A stretch of 63,496 nt of DNA, counting the filler, from Octopus bimaculoides (Eukaryota), in the NCBI RefSeq assembly GCF_001194135.2. It is 4 parts of 4 records of this genome, joined end to end, with 100 filler letters (N's around TTAATTAATTAA, not from the genome) between each part and the next. Parts side by side here need not be neighbours in the genome. Positions count along the whole stretch, not along the records: positions 49,332 to 62,084 come from NC_069001.1; positions 62,185 to 63,496 come from NC_068988.1; 2 more parts are not named here. One strand, written 5' to 3'. How positions within the stretch are numbered: the stretch's first letter is position 1; each line of letters opens with the position of its first letter. The translations under genes were made by a program, and so were the position numbers. Positions 51,153 to 63,496 of the stretch are shown piece after piece. The notes beneath the pieces are model-generated. The model was not told the DNA's origin. It saw nothing but the letters and a program-made list of their open reading frames with translations, and did not search any database.

Positions 51153-51899
51153 AGACAAATTTTGGGGGTCTGTAGTAGTCTTGATAGGTCTTAATTGCAA
51201 TGAGTTAATGGACACTATACAATTCGAGTTGTAGGATGAAGACTTATTATCAATGATGCCGCTGTTGCAGCAGCTAGTGGTGGTGGTGCTGCTGCTGCTG
51301 ATAATGATGATGTCACCTCTGCTGGTGTTGTTACTGTTGAGCAAACGAAGCTTTCGAATTAGCAGCTCCTAATAAACCTGAATTACTTTCTGTGTATGAA
51401 TGATCGACAAAGCAATAACAAAAAGCAATAATGCTATGTAGAAACGAGTTGACAAGTCAAAGAATTATATTAATTTAGATTTGATTATTAACTCTTTTGT
51501 GACCACATATCTATACTGTAACAAAGGAAGTTGCTTGTTAATTAGTTTGGAGTAAGTAATTTTTAGGAAAAGAAAGCAATTATTAAAGTGTACACTATTC
51601 AGAAAATTCTTATAAATTCTAATTTTAATATATTCTTTTCTTTTTTTTTTATTATCAAAATGTGATTACTGAAGATTTTAACTCCACAGTTCAATTAGAA
51701 AGGCTAATTTTTATTCACTGTGATATAGCAATCGTATACTGTGAGACAGCACTTTTTAATGTCTTTGCTTGTACTTTTGGAAATATAAAGGTTGCCTATC
51801 TATTTACAAAGCTACTTTATACAGACATATCAGTAAAAACATCTCTCCAATTTATAAATTTAATCCAGAACCAGGCAAATTATGTTGATTGCAGTACCC

Positions 51900-52390
51900 T
51901 TCCATATTTGTTGGCTGTTGTTATATGGGGCTGAGACATGGAGAACAACAGTTAAGTCAAATAAGCAAATACAATCATTCATCAACAGGTGCTTGCGTAG
52001 TATACTTAAAATCAGATGGCCCGAACACATAAGCAATATGGAGCTATGGCAAAGAGCGAATCAAGTTCCGATTAGAGAGCAAATATTTAAGAAAAAGTGG
52101 AAGTGGATTGATAGCACAATTAGAAAGGACACACCAAATGCAGCGAAAAGTGCTTTACAGTGGAATCCGGATGGATATAGAAAGAAGGGTAGGCCTAAGA
52201 ACTCGTGGCGTAGATCAACACAAAAGGAACTAGAGAAAGTGGGACATTCATGGCAAAGTATAAGTACAGAAGCGAGAAATTATCCGACATGGAATTCAAT
52301 TATAAGTGGCCTATACCCCGCGTTGGAGGGTTAAAGGCAAGAAGAAGAAGAAGAAGAAGAAGAAGAAGAAGAAGAAGAAGAAGAAGAAGA
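51900..52390 (+). mobile_element. RTE-clade LINE 3' end with (AAG)n tail
   Basis: LLYGAETWRTT...FINRCLRSILKIRWPEHISNMELWQR...KWKWI...LQWNPDGYRKKGRPKNSWRR; (AAG)n at about 52337-52390. Confidence 0.9.
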
Positions 52391-52615
52391 GGTTGTTGAA
52401 GAAATAGAAAACTGAATAATAAAAGTGGTTTTAATATATTTACATCAATGGTACGAAACAAACAAGCATTTATAACGAAGCTCACTGCTCATGAAGGATA
52501 TAGAAAAATCACTATCCTCTCCATTACTAAGCTGGTGTTTGTAGAACTTGATTTAACAAAATATTTCTTTTATAAAATTATGATAGAAGGCTTAAACTTT
52601 AACATCACAGATGTA

Positions 52616-52847
52616 GGGCGGCGAGCTAGCAGAATCCTTTGCACGCCAGCTGAAATGCTTAGCAGTATTTCGTCTGCCGCTACATACTGAGTTCAAATTC
52701 TGCCGAGGTCGACTTTGCCTTTCATCCTTTCGGGGTCGATTAAGTAAGTACCAGTTACGCACTGGGGTCGGTATAATCGACTTAATCCGTTTGCCTGTCC
52801 TTGTTTGTCCCCTCTGTGTGTAGCCCCTTGTGGGAAGTAAAGAAATA
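52616..52847 (+). mobile_element. SINE family A, full length, 13-bp TSD
   Basis: AGATGTAGGGCGG at 52609-52621 and 52848-52860. Confidence 0.92.
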
Positions 52848-52899
52848 AGATGTAGGGCGGTCTCAGGTGAGTTGGTATCGAAAAGGTTAAAGAAGCGGA

Positions 52900-53335
52900 T
52901 CATCATCCATTTATTTATCCATCCATTTTCTCCGACCTCTATTCCTGGGAGAGAGGAGGATCGTAGGTGCAGAGTCCTCAGACACCTCCTCCATAGGGTA
53001 CTATCAGAAGCAACCGCTTTTACACTTGTCTGACGGATTCCTAAGCGTGACCAATTGGGAACATGGATATTATCTAACCATCTTGTTCTTGGTTTATCTC
53101 CTTGGTTTTTTTTTTTTTGTCGCTTCGCTCAGCTTGAAGAATCCGTCTTGCGATTCTTCCCTGCGACATCTTAACCACGTGTCTGTTGTACCGGAACTGT
53201 GATCTAACGATGCGGAGAAAGAGCGGCTCGACCAGGAGGAACTCCCTGATCTGCGAGTTAGGTATCATGTCGAGTAACGTTACTCCAGAGATCCTTCAAA
53301 GGAACACAATTGCGACCACTCAGTTAACTGAAATC
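52900..53335 (-). mobile_element. RTE-clade LINE 3' fragment (same family as 4375-4850)
   Basis: LRIVRSQFRYNRHVVKMSQGRIARRILQAE; nucleotide similarity to 4470-4800. Confidence 0.8.
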
Positions 53336-54070
53336 AATTAGTGAAATCATAGCACATTGTCACAAGGTCGTTTTTACGTTGTCACTCGATCAAGAGAGAC
53401 GACTTTNNNNNNNNNNNNNNNNNNNNNNNNNNNNNNNNNNNNNNNNNNNNNNNNNNNNNNNNNNNNNNNNNNNNNNNNNNNNNNNNNNNNNNNNNNNNNN
53501 NNNNNNNNNNNNNNNNNNNNNNNNNNNNNNNNNNNNNNNNNNNNNNNNNNNNNNNNNNNNNNNNNNNNNNNNNNNNNNNNNNNNNNNNNNNNNNNNNNNN
53601 NNNNNNNNNNNNNNNNNNNNNNNNNNNNNNNNNNNNNNNNNNNNNNNNNNNNNNNNNNNNNNNNNNNNNNNNNNNNNNNNNNNNNNNNNNNNNNNNNNNN
53701 NNNNNNNNNNNNNNNNNNNNNNNNNNNNNNNNNNNNNNNNNNNNNNNNNNNNNNNNNNNNNNNNNNNNNNNNNNNNNNNNNNNNNNNNNNNNNNNNNNNN
53801 NNNNNNNNNNNNNNNNNNNNNNNNNNNNNNNNNNNNNNNNNNNNNNNNNNNNNNNNNNNNNNNNNNNNNNNNNNNNNNNNNNNNNNNNNNNNNNNNNNNN
53901 NNNNNNNNNNNNNNNNNNNNNNNNNNNNNNNNNNNNNNNNNNNNNNNNNNNNNNNNNNNNNNNNNNNNNNNNNNNNNNNNNNNNNNNNNNNNNNNNNNNN
54001 NNNNNNNNNNNNNNNNNNNNNNNNNNNNATCACGAAATCAACACGACCACCATCCCAACCACCACCGCCA

Positions 54071-54166
<96 letters not shown>

Positions 54167-54599
54167 ACTACTACTACTACTACTACTGCTACTGCCATAG
54201 CGTTCTGCAGAAGCCGTTTCTTCTTTTTTTTTCCTTTTTGCAATGTGATGTCTTCAGGCAAAACTTGCACATAACAACACTTCGGTTTACATCTCAACCT
54301 ATTGGTTGTCAGCTCCTACTACTCGTGCTGTTGTTGTTGTTGCTGTGGTGACTCTTATCAGTTCTTAGTGTCCTCATCGTCGTTGTTGTTGTTTGTAGTC
54401 ACGGATATCGTATTTTTGATTGTCATTGATGTTGTTGTTGTTGCTGTTGCTGCTGTTGCTGCAATCGTTGTTGTTGTTGTTGCTGCTGCTCCTGGTGCTG
54501 CAATTCTTGCAATCGGTTTGTTGCGTTTTTGTTATTGTAATTGTTGTTGCCGTTGCATTCGCTGTTATTGTTGCTGTTGTTATTGTCACCCTGTATCTT

Positions 54600-55058
54600 C
54601 TATCTTTTACTTGCTTCACTCATTACACTACGGCCATACTGGAGCACTGCCTTGACGGACTTTAGACGAACGAATCGGTTCCAGAACTTATTTTATTTCA
54701 AAGTCTGATATTTAGTTTATCGGTCGCTTTTGCCGAACCGCTAAGTTGCGGTAACGTGAACAAACCAACATCAGTTGTCAAGCGGTGGTGGGGTACAAAT
54801 GCTATGACGCACCACACACGCACACACACCCACACACACACACACACACACGAACACACGCACCCACACAAACACACGCACCCACACACCCACACACACA
54901 CACACACACACACGACGGGCTGCTTTCAGTTTCTGTTTATCGAACCTACTCCCAAGGGGTTTGTCGGCTCGAGGCTTTAGTAGAAGACACTTGCCCAAGA
55001 TGCCACGCAGTGGGACTGAACCCGGAACCGTGTGGTTGGGAAGCAAACTGCCACGCCC
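54600..55058 (-). mobile_element. SINE family B, near full length
   Basis: GCCGAACCGCTAAGTT...GAAGACACTTGCCCAAGATGCCACGCAGTGGGACTGAACCCGGAACC. Confidence 0.9.
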
Positions 55059-55192
55059 ACTTTTTGTTCCTGTTATTGCAATCGATGGTTGTTGTAGTTG
55101 TGCATGGAATTGTTGTAAGTGTTGTTGTTGCTGTTGTTGGACAGCCCAGGACATCCTTGATTATATAAACCTATGATTATAAGACATTCCGT

Positions 55193-55577
55193 GGAGGTGC
55201 AATGGCCCAGTGGTTAGGGCAACGGACTCGCGGTCATAGGATCGTGGTTTCGATTCCCAGACCGGGTGTTGTGAGTGTTTATTGAGCGAAAACACCTAAA
55301 GCTCCACGAGACTCCGGCAGGGGATGGTGGCGAACCCTGCTGTACTCTTTCACCACAACTTTCTCTCACTCTTACTTCCTGTTTCTGTTGTGCCTGTAAT
55401 TCGAAGGGTCAGCCTTGTCACACTGTGTCAAGCTGAATATCCCCGAGAACTACGTTAACGGTACACGTGTCTGTGGAGTGCTCAGCCACTTGCACGTGGA
55501 TTTCACGAGCAGGCTGTTCCGTTGATCGGATCAACTGGAACCCTCGACGTCGTAAGCGACGGAGTGCCAACAACAAC
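55193..55577 (+). mobile_element. Full-length tRNA-derived SINE, family E, (AAC)n tail
   Basis: A box TGGCCCAGTGG, B box GGTTTCGATTCCC, about 385 bp ending ...GACGGAGTGCCAACAACAAC. Confidence 0.85.
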
Positions 55578-55686
55578 TGACAGGAGAACGAATATTCAAG
55601 ACAGCTGTATACTGGGTACTGATAGGGGGAAGAAAAAAGATAGGGAGACCAAGAAGACATGGCACATCACCTTCAAAGATCTAAAG

Positions 55687-56126
55687 CAGTGGTTTTCAAC
55701 CAGGGTCCGTATGGCCTTGAGGATCAACATAAGAATTTGTGGGTAAAATTTATGTGCAATAAATTGCTTATACTTATATAATACACAAAATATTAAATTT
55801 TTTTTTTATACAATTGCTAATAATATTTAATTATAAAAATATACTAAGGCTTTTCAAAACACTAACTGTCTATGGGAGTCCACCTAAGTAAAATAGGAAT
55901 CAAGGGGGCCATAGACCACCTAAGATCTGGTATTTTTTCTGAATTTTTCTGGAGAACATGATTTTTCTTTTGTGTTTGGGTTGTTGATGACCTCTTTCTA
56001 GCATATTGGATGTCCAACTATATATATATAGTACAGTACTGCTTCTACTTCGCGGATTTTCTCCTCTCGTCGGAGGTTTTGGAACGTAACACCTGCGATA
56101 GTCGAGGGATTACTGTATATATACAC

Positions 56127-56190
<64 letters not shown>

Positions 56191-56201
56191 GAGAACCACT
56201 G
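55687..56201. mobile_element. hAT (Charlie-like) MITE with 8-bp TSD
   Basis: TIRs CAGTGGTTTTCAA / TTGAGAACCACTG; perfect TSD ATCTAAAG (55679-55686, 56202-56209). Confidence 0.93.
56034..56115. mobile_element. Deleted pogo/Tigger-like MITE nested in the hAT MITE
   Basis: Right TIR GTCGAGGGATTACTG+TA, left remnant TA+CAGTA; interior homologous to 39340-39422. Confidence 0.8.
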
Positions 56202-58607
56202 ATCTAAAGTAATTGAGCATCATGTTGGAAAATACAGGCGATTGTGCTCAAAACCAGGATTGTTGGAGACGTCTTGTTGTCCGATATGAAAACCGACTGT
56301 AGGGGAGGAATTAAGAGCAGGACATTAAACAGTGTGTCTTCTTCAAATGTGATTTAAGGGATATTAGATTGACATTTCTAGTAACTTGGGAGACCACATA
56401 CAGGTTCTGTCATCTCGTTGTTGTTGTTGTTGCTGTTGTTGTCTTTCGTGGCAATGAAAGTCGTGATTATTTCAAATACGCCAAATTAAAAAACAAAATA
56501 AAACAGGAAAAGTTCTTTTTTTTTTCCCTCACCAAATCTAATAATTAAGAAACCGTTACTATAGTTACTAAATTCCTGTCTGCATTCCACCACCTCTACC
56601 ACTAAGCTCAAACTACCTCCGTTACCATCACCACTAACACCACCATTACTACCAGCAACAACACCATAATCACGACTACCACTACTACCACTAACATAAC
56701 TACTATAACTACCGCTACCACCAGTAACAACGCCATTATCACGACTGTCACAACCACCACCACTACTACCAACACCACCACTACCAAAACCATCAGTATC
56801 CACCTTCTCCTCCTTCTCCTCCTTTTTCTTCTTTCCCTTCTTCATCATCGTCCTTGTGATCGTCTCCTCCTCCTCATCATCATCATCATCATCGTCGTCG
56901 TAGTCGTCATCGTCATCAGCCGCATCATCATCATCATCATCATCGTCATCATCATCATTTTCTCTTTCTTTTCCTCTTTTCGATTTCCCCCCTCTTCCTT
57001 TTCTCCTGTTTCTCTCTCTCGCTCTCTCTTTTCTTCCTCTTAGCAACCGTGTGTGAAGCTGCTTGTATTGACACTGAGGATGTTGGTGATACTCATTGTG
57101 CAGGTCGTGATGATGGCGATGCCGGAAGGTGTAAAGATATTGTGGTGGTGATGGTGCTAATGGAGATGTAGTAATGATGATGATAATGATGGATGGTGAC
57201 ATGAGATAGTACTGGTGAAGTCGATACATGTATTTCAATCATTTCGATCTCTCCATATCTATCTATATATATATCTATATATATACATATATATACATAC
57301 ATATACATACATATACATACATATANNNNNNNNNNNNNNNNNNNNNNNNNNNNNNNNNNNNNNNNNNNNNNNNNNNNNNNNNNNNNNNNNNNNNNNNNNN
57401 NNNNNNNNNNNNNNNNNNNNNNNNNTATATATATATATATATATATACGCACCAACAGTCGTCCCATACTCTCTGCAAAATATATTGCTTTCAGTAATGA
57501 ATGTGTGCATGTGCATGTGTGCTTGTATATATGTGTATGTACATAAATGCATACATACACACATACATATGTGTGTGCGTGTGTACATACAAACTTGCAC
57601 GTTAAATATAGCTTCATCCTACATACTCAGACATATAGACGTACAGACACGTACACATCCAAGATACACAAGCGCGCGCGCACACACACACGTACATACA
57701 CATATACTCACACACACGCGCACGCACACATAAAAGCACAGCCACTATTCATACACCCATGCAGTAACATAAAAGTTATACGAATTTCATTGAAGCAGAC
57801 GATATAAGTAGAAATACAACAAAAACAACCACCAGAATTGACTGAAAGGAGGCTAATATATGACAAATAACTATATACCGCCATTGATTGGAGAAAGTGG
57901 TCTATTGGTCATAAATGTGAGTAGAAACGGCGGTTTTAAACGGAAGTGAGAGAGAGATTTACCTCCTTTTTTGATTGATTGATTCTTTAACTTGACTGTT
58001 TGTCTGCTGTAACTTCTAGTTTTATAGCTGCTTTATGTCTTCCATCAACATCGAAAACAAGAGCAGCAACAGCCATTTTAATACAGATAGCAATAATAAT
58101 AATAATGATAATAATAATAATAATCATAATAATAATAATGAGGAGGAGGAGGATGATAACGATTTTTTAATAACGGTGGCTTTATTTGGTCCAAATGGCT
58201 ATTACAATAGAAAACAAAAGCAATTGTTTTTTTCTTTTACAAAAAAATGATGTTAATTGAGGAGAAAAATATGCATATGATATCGAATGATATCAAATAC
58301 ATATGAAAAGTAGAAGTAATAAAATAATACGATGAATGATATGATAAAATACAGTAACATCTCAAAAATTAGGTTCCACATCAGGAAAACCAGGATCTCA
58401 CGAAGCCTCACAGAACCCTACAAAACCTTGATTGCCTTTAGCGAAAAAGACGACTTCGTTCTTCATGATAGTATCATGTTTCTCTATAAGGCCACCATTT
58501 GACCTTGCATTCAATATTGCTCTCCTCTTGGGGCTGGTGCCTCCTCGGTGTCTCTTAACTTAAGTGATGGAATTCAGAATCGAGTTGAGCTTTTTGTTGA
58601 GCTTTCT

Positions 58608-58748
58608 TATTTCTTTACTGCCCACAAGGGGCTACACACAGAGGGGACAAACAAATTCCTCAGCGGAATTTGAACTCAGAACGTAGTGGGAGATGAAATA
58701 CATTTATGCATTTTTCCCGGCGTGCCAACGTTTCTGCCAGCTCGCTGC
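58608..58748 (-). mobile_element. SINE family A (internally deleted) with 18-bp TSD
   Basis: CTTTTTGTTGAGCTTTCT at 58590-58607 and 58749-58766; head and tail match 52616-52847. Confidence 0.88.
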
Positions 58749-59282
58749 CTTTTTGTTGAGCTTTCTGTTGAGCTTTCTGTTAATGATAACTTCTCGCTAA
58801 CTATTGCTCTCTGAAACTCATTACAATTGTTTTGATTTCAAATTCAGAGTCGAGTTGTTAACATGGTGGGTATCCTCTTCTTTCTACTAGGCTGAGTTTT
58901 TAGCTCATCGTCGAAATGTACTTTCATTGCATCTTTTCTATAAGTACTTCCATTGTCATTGCTCTAATGAACTTCCTAGTCTGGTGCCTTCAGTGAATAT
59001 CTTTAAACATGTTGCCCGCTTCTCTTCTCAGGTGCATCGTTTCTCTCTTGAGCTTCCTATTAGTTCTTATGATTTCTTTTCTCGAACTACTGCTTTCTAG
59101 AACTCCGTCTTCTTTTCGAATTCCGAATCCGAGTTAACATGGTGGATCCTCTTCCTTCTACTTGATTGAGATCTGTTATCGTTGTGTCCTTTCTGCAAGT
59201 ATTCCCATGACCATTGCACGGATGAACTTTCCCTTTAAACGCATCACTCGCTTCTATCCTCAGGCTTAGTTTCACTGCTGAG

Positions 59283-59355
59283 TTTTATTTTAGTCATAAC
59301 TCCTTTTATTTTAGTCATAACTCCTTTTATTTTAGTCATAACTCCTTTTATTTTA
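59283..59355. repeat. 21-bp perfect tandem repeat x3.5 (TTTTATTTTAGTCATAACTCC)
   Basis: Direct reading; gives the IKGVMTK repeats in ORF 59244..59477. Confidence 0.95.
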
Positions 59356-59749
59356 ATAGCTTCTTTCCTTGAACTGCTGTTCTCTGGAATCCATTTCTGT
59401 TTTCTTATTTTCAAATTCAAAATCAAATGAACATGGTGGGTCATCTTTCTACTTGCTTGGAGTCTTTGGCTCATCATCGAAGTCTATCATCGCTGTGTCT
59501 TTGCTATAAATATTTCCATGGACATTGTACTGATGAATGTCCTGATCTAGTACCCCCTATGAAGACCTTTAAATGTATCACCTTCTCTTCTCTGTTAAGC
59601 TACCTATTATGTTGTAAGCCCTTTAATTTAATAGCTTCTATTTTCGAGTTACTGCTTTCTGAAACTCACCATTGTCGCCTTGTTTTCCTCTGGTCTATGC
59701 TATTCAGCCCTTCAACCTTTCTGTCAATCAACATCTTTTGAACCTGTAG

Positions 59750-60115
59750 GCTCCTTCTTTGTAGGTCCATTCTTTTTCTTCTTTGCAACCCCTTCTTTTC
59801 CTTCTTTGCAGTCCCTTCTTTTTGTTATGTCTCAAGCTACTGCTATCTAGCCCCTTCGGATGATCTCTACTCAACCGCCAAACGACGGCTACTCAACAGT
59901 CACTCAACGGCTACTCAACTCTATTTATGTCTTGGGCGATCCTACTTCTTCGCTTGGGGGCATCGACACAACACTTTTCCTTCTTTGTAGGTCCAGTCTT
60001 TTCCTTCTTTGCAGCCCCTTCTTTTCCTTCTTTGCAGGTCCCTTCTTTTCCTTCTCTGTGGGCCCCTTCCTCTCCTTCTTTGATGGCCTGTTCTTTTCCT
60101 TTCTTGTAGTTCCTT
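59750..60115. repeat. 23-24-bp pyrimidine-rich minisatellite in two blocks
   Basis: TTCTTTTCCTTCTTTGCAG(G)(T)CCC-like units at about 59750-59822 and 59975-60112. Confidence 0.8.
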
Positions 60116-60398
60116 ACGCTACAGTGGTCTCAAACTTTATTTGGTACAAAATCATGTAAAAATACATCAATCTAGAAACGAAGCTTGAGAATTGAAGCTC
60201 ATTCACTGTATTAATACTTATATTATCCCCACTAGTCACAAAAATGAGTTCTCTTTCCGTCCTTCAGCAAACAACAGAGGAAAACAAATACTGCTGCGGT
60301 ACAAAACAAGAAAATTTACGATTGCAAATCATTCAACTCTTCGATATTTTCTTTTTCCATAAAAAAAATTGTTTTATTTTTTTAATCTTTTTTGCTAG

Positions 60399-60570
60399 AG
60401 CCGGCATGGCTGTGTTGTTAGGAAGTTCACATGGCAACTACATGGCTGCGGGTTCAATCTTACAGCGCGTCACATTAAACAAGTGTCTTCTACTACAGTC
60501 CTGGATTGACTAATGCGTGGTTAGTGAATTTGTTGCACGGAAATTATACGAAACCACGTCGTGTATATGT
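60399..60570 (+). mobile_element. SINE family B, diverged 5' half
   Basis: GGCATGGCTGTGTTGTTAGGAAG...GGGTTCAATC...CAAGTGTCTTCTACTACAG. Confidence 0.65.
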
Positions 60571-60606
60571 GTGTTTTTGAGTATGTATGTGTACACTCAT
60601 ACATAC

Positions 60607-60643
<37 letters not shown>

Positions 60644-61118
60644 GTGACAGTGTATTTTCATCGATGAGTTCATGAACCTTGGTTCTTTTTCCTAAAACTA
60701 TATATATNNNNNNNNNNNNNNNNNNNNNNNNNNNNNNNNNNNNNNNNNNNNNNNNNNNNNNNNNNNNNNNNNNNNNNNNNNNNNNNNNNNNNNNNNNNNN
60801 NNNNNNNNNNNNNNNNNNNNNNNNNNNNNNNNNNNNNNNNNNNNNNNNNNNNNNNNNNNNNNNNNNNNNNNNNNNNNNNNNNNNNNNNNNNNNNNNNNNN
60901 NNNNNNNNNNNNNNNNNNNNNNNNNNNNNNNNNNNNNNNNNNNNNNNNNNNNNNNNNNNNNNNNNNNNNNNNNNNNNNNNNNNNNNNNNNNNNNNNNNNN
61001 NNNNNNNNNNNNNNNNNNNNNNNNNNNNNNNNNNNNNNNNNNNNNNNNNNNNNNNNNNNNNNNNNNNNNNNNNNNNNNNNNNNNNNNNNNNNNNNNNNNN
61101 NNNNNNNNNNNNNNNNNN

Positions 61119-61155
<37 letters not shown>

Positions 61156-61920
61156 GTATGCATGTGCACACACACACACGCGCGCACAAACTTTAGAGTG
61201 GAGTAGGGGTGAAAGAAATTAAAGGGGTAGTTATGAGATCTAAAGAGAAGACAGCATCTGATGAAATGTAAGAAGGATATGCAGAGTAGGGGTGTGTGAG
61301 AAAAGCTTGGGGAGTAGAAACGACATTAGAAAAAGGAGTGGTGGTCAGAGCAGCAACAACAACAACAACAACGGCAATAAACAAACAATAGCAAAAAATA
61401 ATAAAACAACAATATTTAAAAACATCACATATAAAAATATATATTCAGAGTTTGTTATGAAAATAAAAATAATGATAATAATACTTAATTTTATTGCTAT
61501 GTAATATTTAGAAATGTATGGTGAGAGAGAGAGAGAAACTAAAAGAAAACTAGAAATGAATAAATAAAGATAACTATATGAATAAATATAGGAGAACGGT
61601 GGTGGGGTTGGGCAGGCGGTGAATATGACAACGAAATGAAATATGGTAATGCTTTGTGTATATAAACAAATAGGAACAGGAACGACGCAACGGCTATGTG
61701 AGGTAGCACACTGCAAAATAGTTATATTCATACATACATACATACATACGTGTATAAATGTGTTTGTGTGTATGCATATCTATGTATGTATGTATGTATG
61801 TATGTACACGCGCACGCACTCACACAAATAAAATAAGAGGAGAAGCGAGGCAGGCAAACAGTTGGATAGATAGATAGATAGATAGATAGAGAAATAGATC
61901 GATAGAGAAATAGATAGATG

Positions 61921-61956
<36 letters not shown>

Positions 61957-62184
61957 CAGAGAGACTGACAGACAGACTGAGACAGAGAGATATACAAGCA
62001 TTCATACATGCATGCATATATACACACATATGCAAATATATTCAGGATACTGATCTGAGTGTGTAACTGTGTATGTGTTTGTATNNNNNNNNNNNNNNNN
62101 NNNNNNNNNNNNNNNNNNNNNNNNNNNNTTAATTAATTAANNNNNNNNNNNNNNNNNNNNNNNNNNNNNNNNNNNNNNNNNNNN

Positions 62185-62470
62185 TGAAAGAAGCCCTTCG
62201 TATGTGTGTGTGTTTGTGTGTGTGTATGTGTGTGTGTGTGTGTGCGTGCGTGCGTGTGTGTGTGTGTGTGTGCGTCTGTGTCTGTGTCTGTGTGTATGTA
62301 TGTTTGTGTGTGTATATGTTGGTGTGTCTGTGTTTATCCTCTCAACATCGCTTGACAACCAATGCTGGTCTGTTTACGTTCCCGTAACTTAGCGGTTCGG
62401 CAAAAGGGTCCGATAGAATAAGTACTAGGCTTACAAGGAATAAGTCTTGGGGTCCTATTTGCTCGACTCA
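62185..62470 (+). mobile_element. SINE family B 3' half
   Basis: CATCGCTTGACAACCAATGCTGG...CGTAACTTAGCGGTTCGGCAAAAG...ATAGAATAAGTACTAGGCTTAC. Confidence 0.9.
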
Positions 62471-62499
62471 CACGCACACACAAACACTAGACAATATGT

Positions 62500-63114
62500 C
62501 GGCTTTGTAAAATCAAAACCGCTGACAAATGGTATAAACACCATCCTGAAGCTGTGACTGAGGGAGAAAATGTGTAGATTCTCTGGGACTTCCCCGTACA
62601 TACCGACAAGGCTACAAAAGCTAATAAACCGAATATTATTATAAAAGATCAGACAAAAAAGGTGTATTTATTAATTGACATGAGTATTCCTTGCGATCAT
62701 AATATAGCGACGAAAGTATTTGACAAGATCAGTGAATATAAAGACTTGCTAATAGAAATTGAAAAAATGTGGCACCTCAAGGCGACTACCATACCAGTGA
62801 TTGTAGGATCTCTAGGAATGATAAGAAAAGGTACTGAAACCTATTTGAAAATGATACCAGGCTTACCACCCCTACAGGAAGTGCAAAAAATCATGCTAAC
62901 TGGAACGACTCATGTACTGAGAAGAGCATTATCGCTGTGAAAACAACATCCATCCATGAATTTATATGTTAATTCTATTTACGTACATATTTTATCTGTG
63001 AATTTGCGTGTGTAAACTGGGAATGCATACAATGAGCTTCTCTGTCCTAGGTGTACGGAAAACACTCGGCGAGAAATGGAAGAGAATTTGAAGAAAGAAG
63101 AAAAATAACAACAT

Positions 63115-63115
<1 letters not shown>
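62500..63115 (+). mobile_element. R4/Dong-like LINE 3' fragment (RLE domain plus 3' UTR), copy 4
   Basis: KWYKHHPEAVTEGENV.ILWDFPVHTD...ANKPNIIIKD...LIDMSIPCD...YKDLLIEIEKMW...IPVIVGSLG...QKIMLTGTTHVLRRAL*. Confidence 0.92.

Positions 63116-63496
<381 letters not shown>

Larger units (their letters stand above)
55578..56320 (+). mobile_element. RTE-like LINE 3' remnant interrupted by a hAT MITE
   Basis: ..KKTWHITFKDLK | ..QNQDCWRRLV reads across the MITE like the RTE C-terminal R..KTW..T...DL...A..R..WR.LV motif. Confidence 0.5.
58480..59700 (+). mobile_element. CR1/L2-type LINE ORF2 C-terminal segment, tandemly reiterated
   Basis: LYKATI.PCIQYCSPLGAG..SLNLSDGIQNRV, then three units containing LAHRRNVLSLHLFYKYFH.HCSNELPSLVP / LESLAHHRSLSSLCLCYKYFHGHCTDE-like sequence. 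Confidence 0.75.

Noticed and set aside
56486-57238. 250-aa minus-strand ORF with acidic and Gly/Ser-rich tracts
   Set aside because: Built from degenerate trinucleotide repeats (CCA/CTA/TCA/TCC); no domain or splice evidence.

Overview
AT-rich, microsatellite-dense animal genomic DNA from a gapped draft scaffold. The SINE families, microsatellite load and transposon spectrum are most consistent with an octopus (Octopus bimaculoides-like) assembly; this is my inference, not a database result. I recognise no intact protein-coding gene, and almost all ORFs in the supplied track are translations of microsatellites or N-gaps. The window is mostly transposon debris: tRNA-derived SINEs (several families), R4/Dong-like RLE LINEs, RTE and CR1-like LINEs, Penelope-like elements, a full-length decayed mariner, MITEs (mariner, pogo/Tigger-like, hAT) and Helitron pieces. 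The most interesting host-derived signal is at about 31.7-35.9 kb. It is a cluster of heavily decayed, apparently intronless fragments of LDLa-LRR-7TM receptors (GRL101/RXFP-like, type C LGR) on both strands, linked to a 300-bp inverted duplication. Other notable items: a same-orientation stack of four R4/Dong-like LINEs separated by (TAA)n (16.5-22.2 kb), a mellifera-type mariner nested in one of them, a tRNA-Asp pseudogene fused to a SINE tail, a 140-bp fold-back palindrome, a CR1-derived tandem array and a few candidate exons. There is no CRISPR array or other prokaryotic system. All protein-family calls come from manual translation and motif recall; none were confirmed by search.
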